Source: a bacterium (GTDB taxonomy: Bacteria; Hinthialibacterota; Hinthialibacteria; Hinthialibacterales; Hinthialibacteraceae). Taken from it: 64,000 bases of DNA. Numbering within the stretch: position 1 is the first letter of the stretch; each line of letters opens with the position of its first letter. Shown here piece after piece: positions 40,992-50,969 of this stretch. The stretch spans positions 512,001-576,000 of the forward strand of contig CAXXMV010000008.1 of the NCBI GenBank assembly GCA_963662285.2, written 5' to 3'. The notes beneath the pieces were generated by a model. That model was not told the DNA's origin, did no database searches, and worked only from the letters and a program-made list of their open reading frames with translations. The position numbers and the translations under genes were made by a program.

Positions 40992-41984
40992 TTAGATATT
41001 TCCTATAGTAAAAGCGTCGCGTGGATTGTTGATTAACAGTTGATTTATCTCATTTTGCGAGAAGCCGCTGTTTTTTAGAGCGGGTATAAAGGTTGTGAAT
41101 ATTGTATCATAGGAGCCATTCATTTCGCCTTTTAACCAATATGCGTCATGCGATATGAGTACTCGATTAAGATAGCCCGCCTGTTTCATGGATATAACTT
41201 TTTGCAGATTTTCGGCAATGTTATTTGCTCTGATAGCGTCGATGGATATCCATGCTCCCATGGCGGCCGCTTTGATGCGCGACTCCAATTTCCAATCACC
41301 ATGAGAATGAACCAGGATAAATGATTTGGGATTGGCGCCTTGTTGAATAATGAGTTCTAACATCGCCATTCCAGAGATTGAATCTCCTTTATGGGCGGCG
41401 ATAGTTAACCCAGTCGCTTTAGATGTTTTTGCAGCGGCTTCCCCTATCTTACGGGCGATTGGTTTGAGCGGCCCTGCATCAATACCGATTTTGATGAATC
41501 CCGGTCGTATTCCTGTTCCATCGATTCCGTCGTTCCATTCCTTTATCCATCGTGCGGCAATTTGATCTGAGGTTTCCTGGTAGGCGCTTTGGGGGATGAA
41601 TTTCTCTTTCATGGCAGCGTAATACCCGGTGTTAGTGAGGATGTGCAAACCGGTTGCTTGAGAAAAACGGCGCAGCAACATCGGATCGCGTCCAATGTAG
41701 GCCGGGGTGCATTCAACTAATGTCTGGCACCCCAGACCTTTAAGTTGCTGAAGATGCGGTAATATAAGTTTAAAGGTATCTTCAGGATTGGCGCGATCAG
41801 GATTCTCTACTCCAGCGCCTGTGAAATCGCATAAAGCATGTTCGTGGGACAGGGTGAGGCCCATTTTTTCCGGAGAAATGGCGCCGTTGACGGTCATTAT
41901 GACGCCGTTTTGAGCGAATGAAGATTGAGCGCTCATACCTAAAAGCAGGGCGCCGCTTGATTTTATAAATATTCTTCGTTTCAT
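40992..41984 (-). CDS. Phosphotriesterase family metallohydrolase
   Basis: TLSHEH, GIRPGFIKIG, AAH, VH, LISHD; RR signal peptide. Confidence 0.9.
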   Translation of the reverse strand: MKRRIFIKSSGALLLGMSAQSSFAQNGVIMTVNGAISPEKMGLTLSHEHALCDFTGAGVENPDRANPEDTFKLILPHLQQLKGLGCQTLVECTPAYIGRDPMLLRRFSQATGLHILTNTGYYAAMKEKFIPQSAYQETSDQIAARWIKEWNDGIDGTGIRPGFIKIGIDAGPLKPIARKIGEAAAKTSKATGLTIAAHKGDSISGMAMLELIIQQGANPKSFILVHSHGDWKLESRIKAAAMGAWISIDAIRANNIAENLQKVISMKQAGYLNRVLISHDAYWLKGEMNGSYDTIFTTFIPALKNSGFSQNEINQLLINNPRDAFTIGNI

Positions 41985-41997
41985 GGTTTGTTCTCCA

Positions 41998-42786
41998 TTA
42001 TTTAATCAAAGACATGCTACGTAGAATGTTTTTGGTTATTTCCCGCGCCGCGCCTCCAGAAGCGCCTTTTTCCGCTTCTATGTTGGTTGCAAATATATAT
42101 GCATTATTATCGCGCGTTACATATCCGACAAACCAGCCCCAGGATGTCTTGTCGGGAACCATGCCCGATCCTGTTTTTCCCCTGAAGGTATATTCGTTGT
42201 TCTGTTCCAGTATCAGGATTTCCTTGGTGATATCAATGGAGCGCTTGGCAAACGGAAGATCGTTTTTATAGAAGCGTTTGAGAAATTCGATCTGTTCATG
42301 GGCGGATATCTTGAGTGAACCGCCCAGCCAGAATGTTGTTAGACCACTGGAAATATCCTGGTTGCCGTATTGCAATTTTTTGACGTATTCTGACATGCGC
42401 TTTTCGCCGACCTGCTCAGCCAGTTTTTGATAGTACCAGACTACTGAATGAGCGATAGCGCTTTTCAGGGTATGATCCTTGTTCCATGAATCCAACCAAC
42501 GCTTCTTTCCATCCCACTTATAAAGATGGTTTTGGTCGCTTATAACTCCGGTTTCCAAACCGATCATGGAGTTGGGGATTTTGAAAGTTGAGCAAGGTGA
42601 AAGGCGCACATCGCAGCGTTTTGGATTAAACCTTGTATAAGAATCATTATTAAGGTCATATAGAACATAGCATCCATCGTAACCTTTGAATATTGGAGCA
42701 AAATCAATATGTTCTTTTGCATAACAATGCGGGATAATGGCGGTGGATATCAGTAGGCAAGCGATGATGAGAATTTGTTTTTTCAT
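41998..42786 (-). CDS. Class D beta-lactamase (OXA/YbxI-like)
   Basis: Signal peptide; PCSTFKI, SVVW, YGNQD, FWL, GKTGS, GWFVG. Confidence 0.9.
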   Translation of the reverse strand: MKKQILIIACLLISTAIIPHCYAKEHIDFAPIFKGYDGCYVLYDLNNDSYTRFNPKRCDVRLSPCSTFKIPNSMIGLETGVISDQNHLYKWDGKKRWLDSWNKDHTLKSAIAHSVVWYYQKLAEQVGEKRMSEYVKKLQYGNQDISSGLTTFWLGGSLKISAHEQIEFLKRFYKNDLPFAKRSIDITKEILILEQNNEYTFRGKTGSGMVPDKTSWGWFVGYVTRDNNAYIFATNIEAEKGASGGAAREITKNILRSMSLIK

Positions 42787-42812
42787 TAAGTTCTATCCTT
42801 ATTATTCTTATA

Positions 42813-43268
42813 TTATTCTTCTTTGGTTGAAATGTTATCATCATTTTGCGCTGCAAAAGGTTCCTGCGTGACGCCGCAGGCACAACATCGCTTTACTGAA
42901 CTATAATACCCCATGAATACGCCAAGAACTATCATTATCCAGGTGATTGATTTAAGTAAATGAAGATGCGACAGGAAATAGATTAAACTCTTATCTAATG
43001 AGAATGGGAAAAAATACCATTCGCAAAACAATCCCATTATCAGCGCCAATAAGACGCATAGCACCTCGACAACCTTTGATCTTCTACGCAAGAAGGCGCC
43101 AGCAAGGAATCCTACAAAGAATCCCGGCAACGCGATGGCGTAGAATCCCTGGCTCCATAGCCATCGAAAAACCAGGAATCCGACTATCGATCCCAGGCAG
43201 GCGCCAATGATCCCCAAGACTGTATTAACCGTATTCGACACGCCGCCGCCGCTTTGTTGAATATTCAT
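42813..43268 (-). CDS. Small integral membrane protein
   Basis: Four Gly-rich hydrophobic segments; AAAGGA RBS. Confidence 0.75.
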   Translation of the reverse strand: MNIQQSGGGVSNTVNTVLGIIGACLGSIVGFLVFRWLWSQGFYAIALPGFFVGFLAGAFLRRRSKVVEVLCVLLALIMGLFCEWYFFPFSLDKSLIYFLSHLHLLKSITWIMIVLGVFMGYYSSVKRCCACGVTQEPFAAQNDDNISTKEE

Positions 43269-43433
43269 AATTATCCTTTGATTTATCAGGATACAAAGAT
43301 TGCAAACGTTATAATATCAGAAGTTTGACAATATTTTAGTATTTATTATTCAAAAATTATCAACTATTATGATGTATAATGATTTTTGGATTGATGATTA
43401 GGTATCCTTGGCGTTGGAGGTTTTGGAATACCT

Positions 43434-43459
43434 GGCGCCCACGAGGGGCGCACCCTACA
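43434..43459 (-). repeat. GTAG-type REP, left flank of the TA cassette
   Basis: GGCGCCCACGAGGGGCGCACCCTACA; direct copy at 44195-44220 with one mismatch. Confidence 0.8.
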
Positions 43460-43524
43460 TTTGGTTGCGGTAGGGGACGTTAAACCGGGGGTAGTTTAAT
43501 CGATATAACAGAAGGACTGTTTTT

Positions 43525-43818
43525 ATGATGGATCATCAAAAAGTCAACCACATAATCCAAAAGCATCGTTCCGAATTGAATGAACTTGGTATTTGTTCGT
43601 TGGCAGTATTCGGCTCCACTGCTAGAGGGGAAGCTGATGAAGACAGCGATATTGATATTCTTGTTGAATTCAATCGCCCAATCGGGCTGCTTCATTTTTC
43701 TAAAGTTCGATTGCGACTCGAAACGTTGCTAGATCATCCTGTAGACCTTGTTTCTCGTAATGCTCTTATTGATGAACTCAAAGATGATATTCTTGCTGAG
43801 GCGGTCAATGTGTTTTAA
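43525..43818 (+). CDS. mntA: Minimal nucleotidyltransferase (MntA-type antitoxin)
   Basis: VFGSTARGEADEDSDIDILVEF (GS-x10-DxD), VDLV. Confidence 0.92.
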   Translation: MMDHQKVNHIIQKHRSELNELGICSLAVFGSTARGEADEDSDIDILVEFNRPIGLLHFSKVRLRLETLLDHPVDLVSRNALIDELKDDILAEAVNVF

Positions 43819-44161
43819 GAAACGTAAATGGAAATTCCGTATTTTACATATTCTACAAGCCATTGAGAAAATTCAGCGCTATACCTTTGGGCTTTCAATC
43901 GAAGCGTTTAAGGATGATTGGATTGTTGTAGACGCCGTTCAGATGAATCTGCTTGTCATAGGCGAAGCAGCCCGCCACATACCCGATAATATATTAAAAT
44001 CTTTTCCCGAAATTCCATAGAGAGAAATGCGGGATTTACGTAATGTTCTAGCCCACGAATATGATCGAGTCGATTTTGATATCATTTGGCAGGTTAGCCA
44101 AAAGGAACTACCTCCTCTTATTCCTAAACTACGGCAGGTTTACGAAAAGGGTGAAGAATAG
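43808..44161 (+). pseudogene. hepT: HepT/DUF86 HEPN ribonuclease toxin with in-frame amber stop
   Basis: IGEAARHIP...FPEIP*REMRDLRNVLAHEY...IIWQV. TAG at 44018-44020 replaces the usually conserved Trp; the R-x4-H-x-Y motif lies after the stop. Confidence 0.88.
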
Positions 44162-44194
44162 ATTGCCCTTTGAGCCTACGGTCTTGAAATGCCG

Positions 44195-44220
44195 GGCGCC
44201 CACGAGAGGCGCACCCTACA
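44195..44220 (-). repeat. GTAG-type REP, right flank of the TA cassette
   Basis: GGCGCCCACGAGAGGCGCACCCTACA. Confidence 0.8.
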
Positions 44221-44426
44221 TGTTGTTGCAGGAGGGGATATTAAAGCAAAGGTGGTTTAATCAAGCGCTGACCGCATTGCGGTCTTGCACTTGGCACCCG
44301 TTCTTGGCGCCCATTTTTGGCAGCCGATATGCGCTCTTTTTATTCAGGATTGATTCTTATATCTGTCATTTTCTCTTATTATATGCGACAATAGTTTTAA
44401 CATAATATAATTATAGGGGAAACACG

Positions 44427-45839
44427 ATGTCATCATCCAATATAAATCGTCGAGCATTTCTTCATGCCTCATCATTATTAGCAGCGGGACTGGCGGCGGG
44501 GAGTTCCCTGCCCCAAAGCGCGTCTGCTGCATCACAGGATCAGCCTAATATTATCTGGTTAATTGCTGATGATATCGGGTGGCGCGAGCTGGGATGCTAT
44601 GGTCATCCGACTATCCGCACTCCCAATATCGATAAACTGGCGCAGAACGGCATCCGTTTTACATCGGCGTTCGTCAATGCATCTTCTTGCAGCCCAAGCC
44701 GTTGCAGTATGTTCACTGGCAAGCATCCCCATTCGACCGGCGCCGAAAACCTGCATGATTCTCTGCCCGCCGATCAGGCTATTGTTCCCGAACTGCTGGC
44801 GCCCATGAATTATTACTCAGGCAATGCAGGAAAATTCCACATGGGAGACTCAGCGGCTCAGCGGTTTGACGTCTTATACAATGATGTTAACCAATGGGGA
44901 AAATTCTTCGATAACCGCCCCAAGAATAAACCCTTTTTCCTTTATATGGGTTTCCATGATGCGCACCGTCCCTTTGACCGTGGATGCATCGACGAGCCGT
45001 ATACTCATGATGATATAGTCGTGCCGCCTTATCTGCCGGATATACCGGAGGCGCGGGAAGAGTTGGCCGGGTTCTATGACGAAATAACCCGCATGGACAG
45101 TGTGATTGGTGATATTTTGGCGCGGTTGGAGAAAGATGGAGAATTGGATAATACCATCATCCTGTTTTGCGGAGATAATGGAATGCCTTTTCCACGGGCT
45201 AAATGCTCGGTTTATGACAGCGGCATCGAAACTCCGTTGATTATGCAATGGCCTAAGAAAATCAAACCCGGCCAAGTTAATGATAACCTGGTCAGTCTGA
45301 TCGACGCGGCGCCGACTACTCTTGAATATGCTGGAGTCAGCATACCCTCAGATATGCAAGGGCATAGTCTGGTCACGGAAATCGATGACCCTTCCCTGCC
45401 CGGCGCTCCATACATATATGCGGAAAAGAACTGGCATGATCTTGATGACCATAGCCGGGCGGTGCGCGATCATCGTTATAAGTATATCCGTAATGCTTTC
45501 CCGGAGATTCCGTTGGAGAATTCCGCCGATAGTTCGGTGGCGCCGTTGTTTCAAAAGATGCGGCAAATGCGGGATGAGGGGACGCTTTCTAAGGAGGCGA
45601 TGTTATTGTTCCGCGGGCGCCGCGCTCCAGAAGAACTTTACGATTTAAGCCGCGACCCCTGGGAATTCAAAAACCTGGTTAATCAACCGGCTTATCAAAC
45701 AGTACTTAAGCGGATGCGTCAGACGCTGGATCAATGGATCAAGGAAACCAAAGATATCCCCCCATCCAAAGCATTGCCTAATGAATTTCACCCCGAAACC
45801 GGAGAAAGAATAGCGCCGCCTCATCAGAATATGAAATAG
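44427..45839 (+). CDS. Tat-exported sulfatase (sulfamidase-like)
   Basis: NRRAFL; IADD; CSPSR; GKFH; DAHRPF; GDNG..FPRAK. Confidence 0.93.
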   Translation: MSSSNINRRAFLHASSLLAAGLAAGSSLPQSASAASQDQPNIIWLIADDIGWRELGCYGHPTIRTPNIDKLAQNGIRFTSAFVNASSCSPSRCSMFTGKHPHSTGAENLHDSLPADQAIVPELLAPMNYYSGNAGKFHMGDSAAQRFDVLYNDVNQWGKFFDNRPKNKPFFLYMGFHDAHRPFDRGCIDEPYTHDDIVVPPYLPDIPEAREELAGFYDEITRMDSVIGDILARLEKDGELDNTIILFCGDNGMPFPRAKCSVYDSGIETPLIMQWPKKIKPGQVNDNLVSLIDAAPTTLEYAGVSIPSDMQGHSLVTEIDDPSLPGAPYIYAEKNWHDLDDHSRAVRDHRYKYIRNAFPEIPLENSADSSVAPLFQKMRQMRDEGTLSKEAMLLFRGRRAPEELYDLSRDPWEFKNLVNQPAYQTVLKRMRQTLDQWIKETKDIPPSKALPNEFHPETGERIAPPHQNMK

Positions 45840-45858
45840 AATTTTCTGTATAAAATGC

Positions 45859-45890
45859 TGGAGCGTGAAGACTTGTATCTTCACGCTCCA
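45859..45890. terminator. Hairpin between convergent genes
   Basis: TGGAGCGTGAAGA-cttgta-TCTTCACGCTCCA. Confidence 0.75.
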
Positions 45891-45947
45891 ATGATTTATA
45901 TCGTGATTTGGACATGAATACGAATCACAATGATAGTATCTTCATCA

Positions 45948-46910
45948 CTACAGGGTGCAATCCAATCCAATCCATTCCCCGGTTACAGGATCGAACTCGA
46001 AAACTAATTCGTAACCCTTTTGCAATAAGATTTTGTTTGGATTGTCTGGAAAATATGTATGTTCTTTTGCGTTATATACAATTCGCCAAAGTAAAAGCGT
46101 CTCAAACCTAGACTCAGAAAGACAATTCATTGTTTTTGGATTAAGAGTTAGATCTTTGTTTTTAACCCGTAATTCAGCACTACTTAGATCAAATTCCGGA
46201 ACAATATCAGTTCTTTTCATTACATCCGGTCGTATTTTTCGGAAGGAATCATCAAGTAATGCAGCAGCGCTGCTTATGGCTTCCTTCTTACTGATTTTGA
46301 CATCCAATGACGGTGGATGATTGCTGGTAACACCCATTGCGATATAGAAAGGAACACCGTCTCCAGTAAGACAAATATATATTCCATCCGTCTCATAAAT
46401 GAACTTTTCATGAATGATCCGTGGAATGAATATTCTCCATGTAGGAATAGCTACTACATCATCGTAACTCAGATTAACACAACCTGTACCTTGATCGATT
46501 ATGGGAGAGGCGAATCTCTCAGGTTGACCTTGGCTAATCACCCTGAATAAACCATCGACTATCTCTTTTATCTTATCCCGTGATTCATAAGTTTTGGGCA
46601 GATTTTTCCGACTTGCCAATAAATTATCCCCATCGATAAAAATATGCCTTAGATCCTCATCAAAAGAAATATAACATTTCTGATTTAATTTCGTAATATA
46701 ACCTGATTCTTCCTTGATTCCTCGAGCATTTATCTTTGATTCAATTTCTTCCTGGCTGTATTCACTTGGATTAATACCAAGCAAAGATATGATTCGCTGC
46801 ACAGTTTCCGGTATACGATCCTCAGCAAAGGCTGAATTTGAATACCCAGCAGCAAGAATTAAATACAATAATGTATATAGAACGTAATCTTTCATCATTT
46901 TTCCTTTCAT
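45948..46910 (-). CDS. Hypothetical secreted protein
   Basis: 320-aa ORF with signal peptide; C-terminal FDPVTGE resembles a PepSY-like D-x-x-T-G-E end. Confidence 0.65.
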   Translation of the reverse strand: MKGKMMKDYVLYTLLYLILAAGYSNSAFAEDRIPETVQRIISLLGINPSEYSQEEIESKINARGIKEESGYITKLNQKCYISFDEDLRHIFIDGDNLLASRKNLPKTYESRDKIKEIVDGLFRVISQGQPERFASPIIDQGTGCVNLSYDDVVAIPTWRIFIPRIIHEKFIYETDGIYICLTGDGVPFYIAMGVTSNHPPSLDVKISKKEAISSAAALLDDSFRKIRPDVMKRTDIVPEFDLSSAELRVKNKDLTLNPKTMNCLSESRFETLLLWRIVYNAKEHTYFPDNPNKILLQKGYELVFEFDPVTGEWIGLDCTL

Positions 46911-47002
46911 CTTTTAACATTGAAATCAACAATTCACATAGTGAATTCCTTGATAATACGATAAGTATTAATTAGATTTATCAGAATCAACTACGATTGG
47001 CT

Positions 47003-47087
47003 GGGTGGCAAGGGCAAGAGCGCATTGCGCTCAGCCCTTGATCAAGCCACCACTGATAGGATGAAATTCCTTAACTTAATGACATTG
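47003..47087 (+). repeat. About 85-bp repeat (CAAGGGCAAG..CGCATTGCG..CAGCCCTTGAT hairpin + CTTAACTTAATGACATTG tail)
   Basis: Near-identical copy at 50682-50766. Confidence 0.8.
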
Positions 47088-47145
47088 GAGTTAGAGGGGG
47101 GTTGCGTTTCAAAGAATCAACCCCCACCTAACCTCCCCCAGGCTT

Positions 47146-48652
47146 TGTAAAGGCCTGGGACATGGGTAACAGGTGTTCGGGGACATAGGTAACACATTCC
47201 CTGAGTGTATTCTAGCCTTGAAAGGAGGCGAAGAATATGCCCTGGAACGAGGTGGACCTTATGTCTCTGAGAAAAGAATTCGTATTGTTGAGCCAGCAAG
47301 AAGAAAGCAACATCAGCCAATTATGTAAACGGTTTGATATCAGCCGTAAGACGGGTTACAAATGGATCAAACGGTACAAAGAAGGAGGAGGCGAAAATCT
47401 CCAAGACCGTTCCAAAAAACCCAATACTTGCCCTCATCAAACAGATAAGTCTATCGAGCAAGCCATTACAGAAAATCGCGAAAAAGGATGGGGAGGACGC
47501 AAAATTCGCTCTCGTCTGATTCAATTGGGATACGAAAATGTTCCTAGCGCCAGCACTATTACTGCCGTGTTACGCCGACTGGGATTGCTGGATGAAAAGG
47601 AAAGTCACAAGCACAAAGCCTATAAGCGTTTTGAAAAAGATACGCCCAACGAATTGTGGCAAATGGATTTCAAAGGAGATTTTCCCACGCTCAAAGCACG
47701 CTGTTATCCGCTCAGCATTCTGGATGATTGCACGCGCTTTGTTCCCGGATTATTTTCGTGCGCCAATCAGCAAAGGGAAACCGTGCAAGACTCCCTGGAA
47801 AGCGTGTTCAGGATGTATGGTATGCCTCGGGCGATGTTGATGGATAACGGAAGTCCGTGGGGAGGATGCAAAACCTGCGAATACACCAGATTGACAATAT
47901 GGCTGATACGATTGGGTATTCGCGTGTATCACGGTCGCCCCTACCATCCGCAAACCCAAGGCAAGGTCGAGCGATTTCACCGGACCTTTAAGCAAGAATT
48001 GCTGATAAGGGAATCGTTTGTGGATTTGGAATATTGCCAAAGGCGGTTTGATGAGTGGCGTTATGAATACAATTTTGAGCGTCCTCACGAAGCCCTGGAT
48101 ATGGATGTCCCGGCTAACCATTATACGTCCAGTCCTTTTGTTTATCCGGGAAGTTTGCCGGATATCGAGTACGCGCCGGGCAGCATTATCAGGAAGGTGC
48201 AACAAGGAGGTCGGGTGGCGTACCGTGGTGAAGATTACCGGGTGAGCCGCGCCCTGGTAGGATGCCCGGTTGCCTTGAAACCCGCTATGACCGATGGGAT
48301 GATGGACGTATATTTTTGCCGACAAAAAATCAAGACGCTCGATCTGCGTTTGAATGAAATCAAAGAAGATAACTTGGCAATCCAGAAAAAGGCGTCACAA
48401 TAGAAATTGGTTGGGCGAAACGGAAGCGGGCGCTGCAGGAGTGCAACCCGCCAGGGATAGCCGATCCGAGGTGCGAGGGATAATGCAGGAGGTGAAATAT
48501 TCACCTCCTCCCTCTAAGCCAACCAATTATCCTGAGCATCTCTAGATGCCTAAAAAAAAACTCAAACAATAACCTGGGATAAATCCCGGTTTTGATAAAA
48601 AACTGTAACCCATGTCCCCGAACATGTGTTACCCATCTACCCGGTCTGTACA
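47146..48652 (+). mobile_element. IS481-family insertion sequence, copy 1 (1507 bp)
   Basis: TGT...ACA ends; subterminal GGGACAT(G/A)GGTAACA repeats inverted at the right end; 5-bp target duplication GGCTT (47141-47145 and 48653-48657). Confidence 0.95.
47237..48403 (+). CDS. IS481-family DDE transposase
   Basis: MPW N-terminus, HTH ISRKTGYKW, LWQMDFKG, DNGSPW, PQTQGKVERFHRT, YNFERPHEAL. Confidence 0.96.
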   Translation: MPWNEVDLMSLRKEFVLLSQQEESNISQLCKRFDISRKTGYKWIKRYKEGGGENLQDRSKKPNTCPHQTDKSIEQAITENREKGWGGRKIRSRLIQLGYENVPSASTITAVLRRLGLLDEKESHKHKAYKRFEKDTPNELWQMDFKGDFPTLKARCYPLSILDDCTRFVPGLFSCANQQRETVQDSLESVFRMYGMPRAMLMDNGSPWGGCKTCEYTRLTIWLIRLGIRVYHGRPYHPQTQGKVERFHRTFKQELLIRESFVDLEYCQRRFDEWRYEYNFERPHEALDMDVPANHYTSSPFVYPGSLPDIEYAPGSIIRKVQQGGRVAYRGEDYRVSRALVGCPVALKPAMTDGMMDVYFCRQKIKTLDLRLNEIKEDNLAIQKKASQ

Positions 48653-49291
48653 GGCTTGGGGGAGGGATAACGCACTTCAATTGGCTGACCTGTTACATCA
48701 TTAGTATATTCAAGCGCAAATATCCGGTCGTAAGACCCGGTTTGCCACGCTTGATTTATGTGTTGAAAATCCTTTATGCTATATTTGTCCGTTATGCAAT
48801 ATCCGTAAAGAAAGAGTATAAATGCAATGATAATGCTTAAATGGGCGCAACGTTGTATGATTCCAAAAATTGGTTGATCATAACAACATTGCTTAATGTG
48901 GGATAATTTGTGGTTTGCGGCTTTCAAGTATTTTACTATGAAATTTTGGCTGCTAGTGGTCAACATCAAATCTCCCATGTTAAAATTTGATTCTATCTCC
49001 ATTATTATATAATGTGCTCCGGATGTCAGAATAATAAACAAAGATATGCACTATAGATAAGTTACGTCTTGCCTGTTCAATAGTAACACTTTTTGCTCTC
49101 ACGCACTGTATTTTATTCATAATCAGGCATTCTCCAGCAAAAATCGTTATAATTATGTAGATATTTTTGTTCTATTAAGGATATACAAGACTCCCTTTCA
49201 TCTGTCATAATGGAATTAAAGCGGATTGCTCAATAAAGGATGTTAAGAGAACCGGTCTGACAAATATTATATATAAATCAGGAGATGGGCG

Positions 49292-50638
49292 ATGAATCTT
49301 GAAAATAGAAGGCTATTCCTGAAGCGATGCAGTAAGAGTGCAGTCGGCATGTGGTCCGGGGCGATGGTGGTGGCTCAAGGGCGCAAAGCGGTTTCGGCGA
49401 ATGATAAGGTGATCCTCGGCGCCATCGGTTTGGGGGGTAGAGGTCAATCGTTGATTCGTGGATTCGCCCGGCGCGACGATGTGCAAGTGGCTACGCTATG
49501 CGATCCAAACTTGGGGCGTCCCAAGCAATTATTCAATATGCTGAAGGATGATCATAATCCTAAGTTGCAATTGATCCAGGATTTCCGCCGTGTTATTGAA
49601 GACAAAGATATTGATGCAGTGGTCGTGGCGACCCCGGATCATTGGCACGCTTTGCCCACTGTTTTTGCCTGTCAGGCTGGTAAAGACGTTTATGTAGAAA
49701 AACCAGCATCGCATAACATTTGGGAAGGCCGCAAGATGGTGGAAGCGGCGCGTAAGTATAAGCGGGTAGTGCAGGTGGGAACCCAAAGCCGTAGCGCGCC
49801 TTACAGCCACAAGGCTCGGGAATATATCCAAAGCGGTAAACTGGGCAAAATACATTTCTGCAAGATTTATAACTTGAAACCGGGATCGCCATATAAAGAG
49901 AGTCCAACCAGCGACATTCCCAAAGACGTCAATTGGGACTTATGGTTGGGGCCAGCCAAGATGCGGGACTTCCGCCCCAGCATCCTGAGCGGCTGGCTGT
50001 ATTATTGGGATTATTGCAATGGCGATTTCGGCAATGACAGCATCCATCAAATCGATCTGGCGCGTATGTTGATAGGCAAGGATTACGCCAAGAGCGTCCA
50101 TTGCACCGGCGGCAATCTGGCGTTTGATGATGACCGGGACGTGCCTGATACTCAGACGGCTACCTTTGAGTATGATGATATGATCGTCAACTTTGAACTG
50201 ACTCAATGGACTAACTATATGGCCAAAACTCCCATGGCCATGCGCGACAAGGATGAGTTCCCCTACTGGCTGCAAAATGCAACGCGCATCGAGATTTATG
50301 GAACCAAAGGTTTGATGATCGTCGGTCGTCACGGCGGTGGATGGCAGGTCTTCACCAATGACGGTAAAGTGATGGCGCAGGAGCATGGGCGTTTTCCAGA
50401 AGATCCGCATAAGGCGAACTTCATTAATTGCATCCGCAGCAGAGAACTGCCTTACGCCGATATCGAAGAGGGGCATCTCAGCGCGGTTATGGTGCACATG
50501 GGCAACATCGCATACCGCACCGGCAAACGAAAATTGGACTTCGATTCAAAAACCGAAAGTTTCATCGGAGACGATCTAGCCAATAGCCTGTTAAAAAGAG
50601 AATACCGCAAACCTTATGTGATACCAGAAGTGGTTTAG
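49292..50638 (+). CDS. Tat-exported Gfo/Idh/MocA oxidoreductase
   Basis: NRRLFL; IGLGGRG; ATPDHWH; GKDVYVEKP; QVGTQSRS. Confidence 0.93.
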   Translation: MNLENRRLFLKRCSKSAVGMWSGAMVVAQGRKAVSANDKVILGAIGLGGRGQSLIRGFARRDDVQVATLCDPNLGRPKQLFNMLKDDHNPKLQLIQDFRRVIEDKDIDAVVVATPDHWHALPTVFACQAGKDVYVEKPASHNIWEGRKMVEAARKYKRVVQVGTQSRSAPYSHKAREYIQSGKLGKIHFCKIYNLKPGSPYKESPTSDIPKDVNWDLWLGPAKMRDFRPSILSGWLYYWDYCNGDFGNDSIHQIDLARMLIGKDYAKSVHCTGGNLAFDDDRDVPDTQTATFEYDDMIVNFELTQWTNYMAKTPMAMRDKDEFPYWLQNATRIEIYGTKGLMIVGRHGGGWQVFTNDGKVMAQEHGRFPEDPHKANFINCIRSRELPYADIEEGHLSAVMVHMGNIAYRTGKRKLDFDSKTESFIGDDLANSLLKREYRKPYVIPEVV

Positions 50639-50681
50639 CGCCATTTTGAAAATAGTATTAGTATTTTGTCTAGCAAATAGC

Positions 50682-50921
50682 GGGTGCCAAGGGCAAGACC
50701 GCATTGCGGTCAGCCCTTGATCAAACCACTAACGATAGGATGTAATTACTTAACTTAATGACATTGACAGGTGCCAAGGGCAGTGTCCTTTCTGCCCTTG
50801 ATCGAATACCAAAACTATAAAGTAAATCATAATTTTGTTTATTGAGTTAAACGTTTATAAAATCATCAAAATATATGAGGTGAACTGAATTAAGGGCAGG
50901 AAATACATTGCCCTTGGCGCC
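50682..50921. repeat. Three CAAGGGCA-family palindromes, the last inverted
   Basis: 50682-50766, 50768-50803, 50892-50921. Confidence 0.75.
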
Positions 50922-50969
50922 ATGTTTCGCCTTGCTCTTGGAGTCAAACTGTAATATCAGGAGAAGATT

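Noticed and set aside
44018-44020. In-frame TAG as pyrrolysine or stop-codon reassignment
   Set aside because: It sits at a conserved Trp (one change from TGG), and intact genes here, such as the IS481 transposase and nadD, end in TAG.
43420-44245. Integron cassette with attC sites
   Set aside because: The flanks are GTAG-type REP hairpins without the RYYYAAC/GTTRRRY box structure, and no integrase is present.
48637-49041. 134-aa minus-strand ORF
   Set aside because: Its 3' end runs through a REP into the IS end and it has no recognisable motif. It could be a small membrane-protein remnant but is unsupported.
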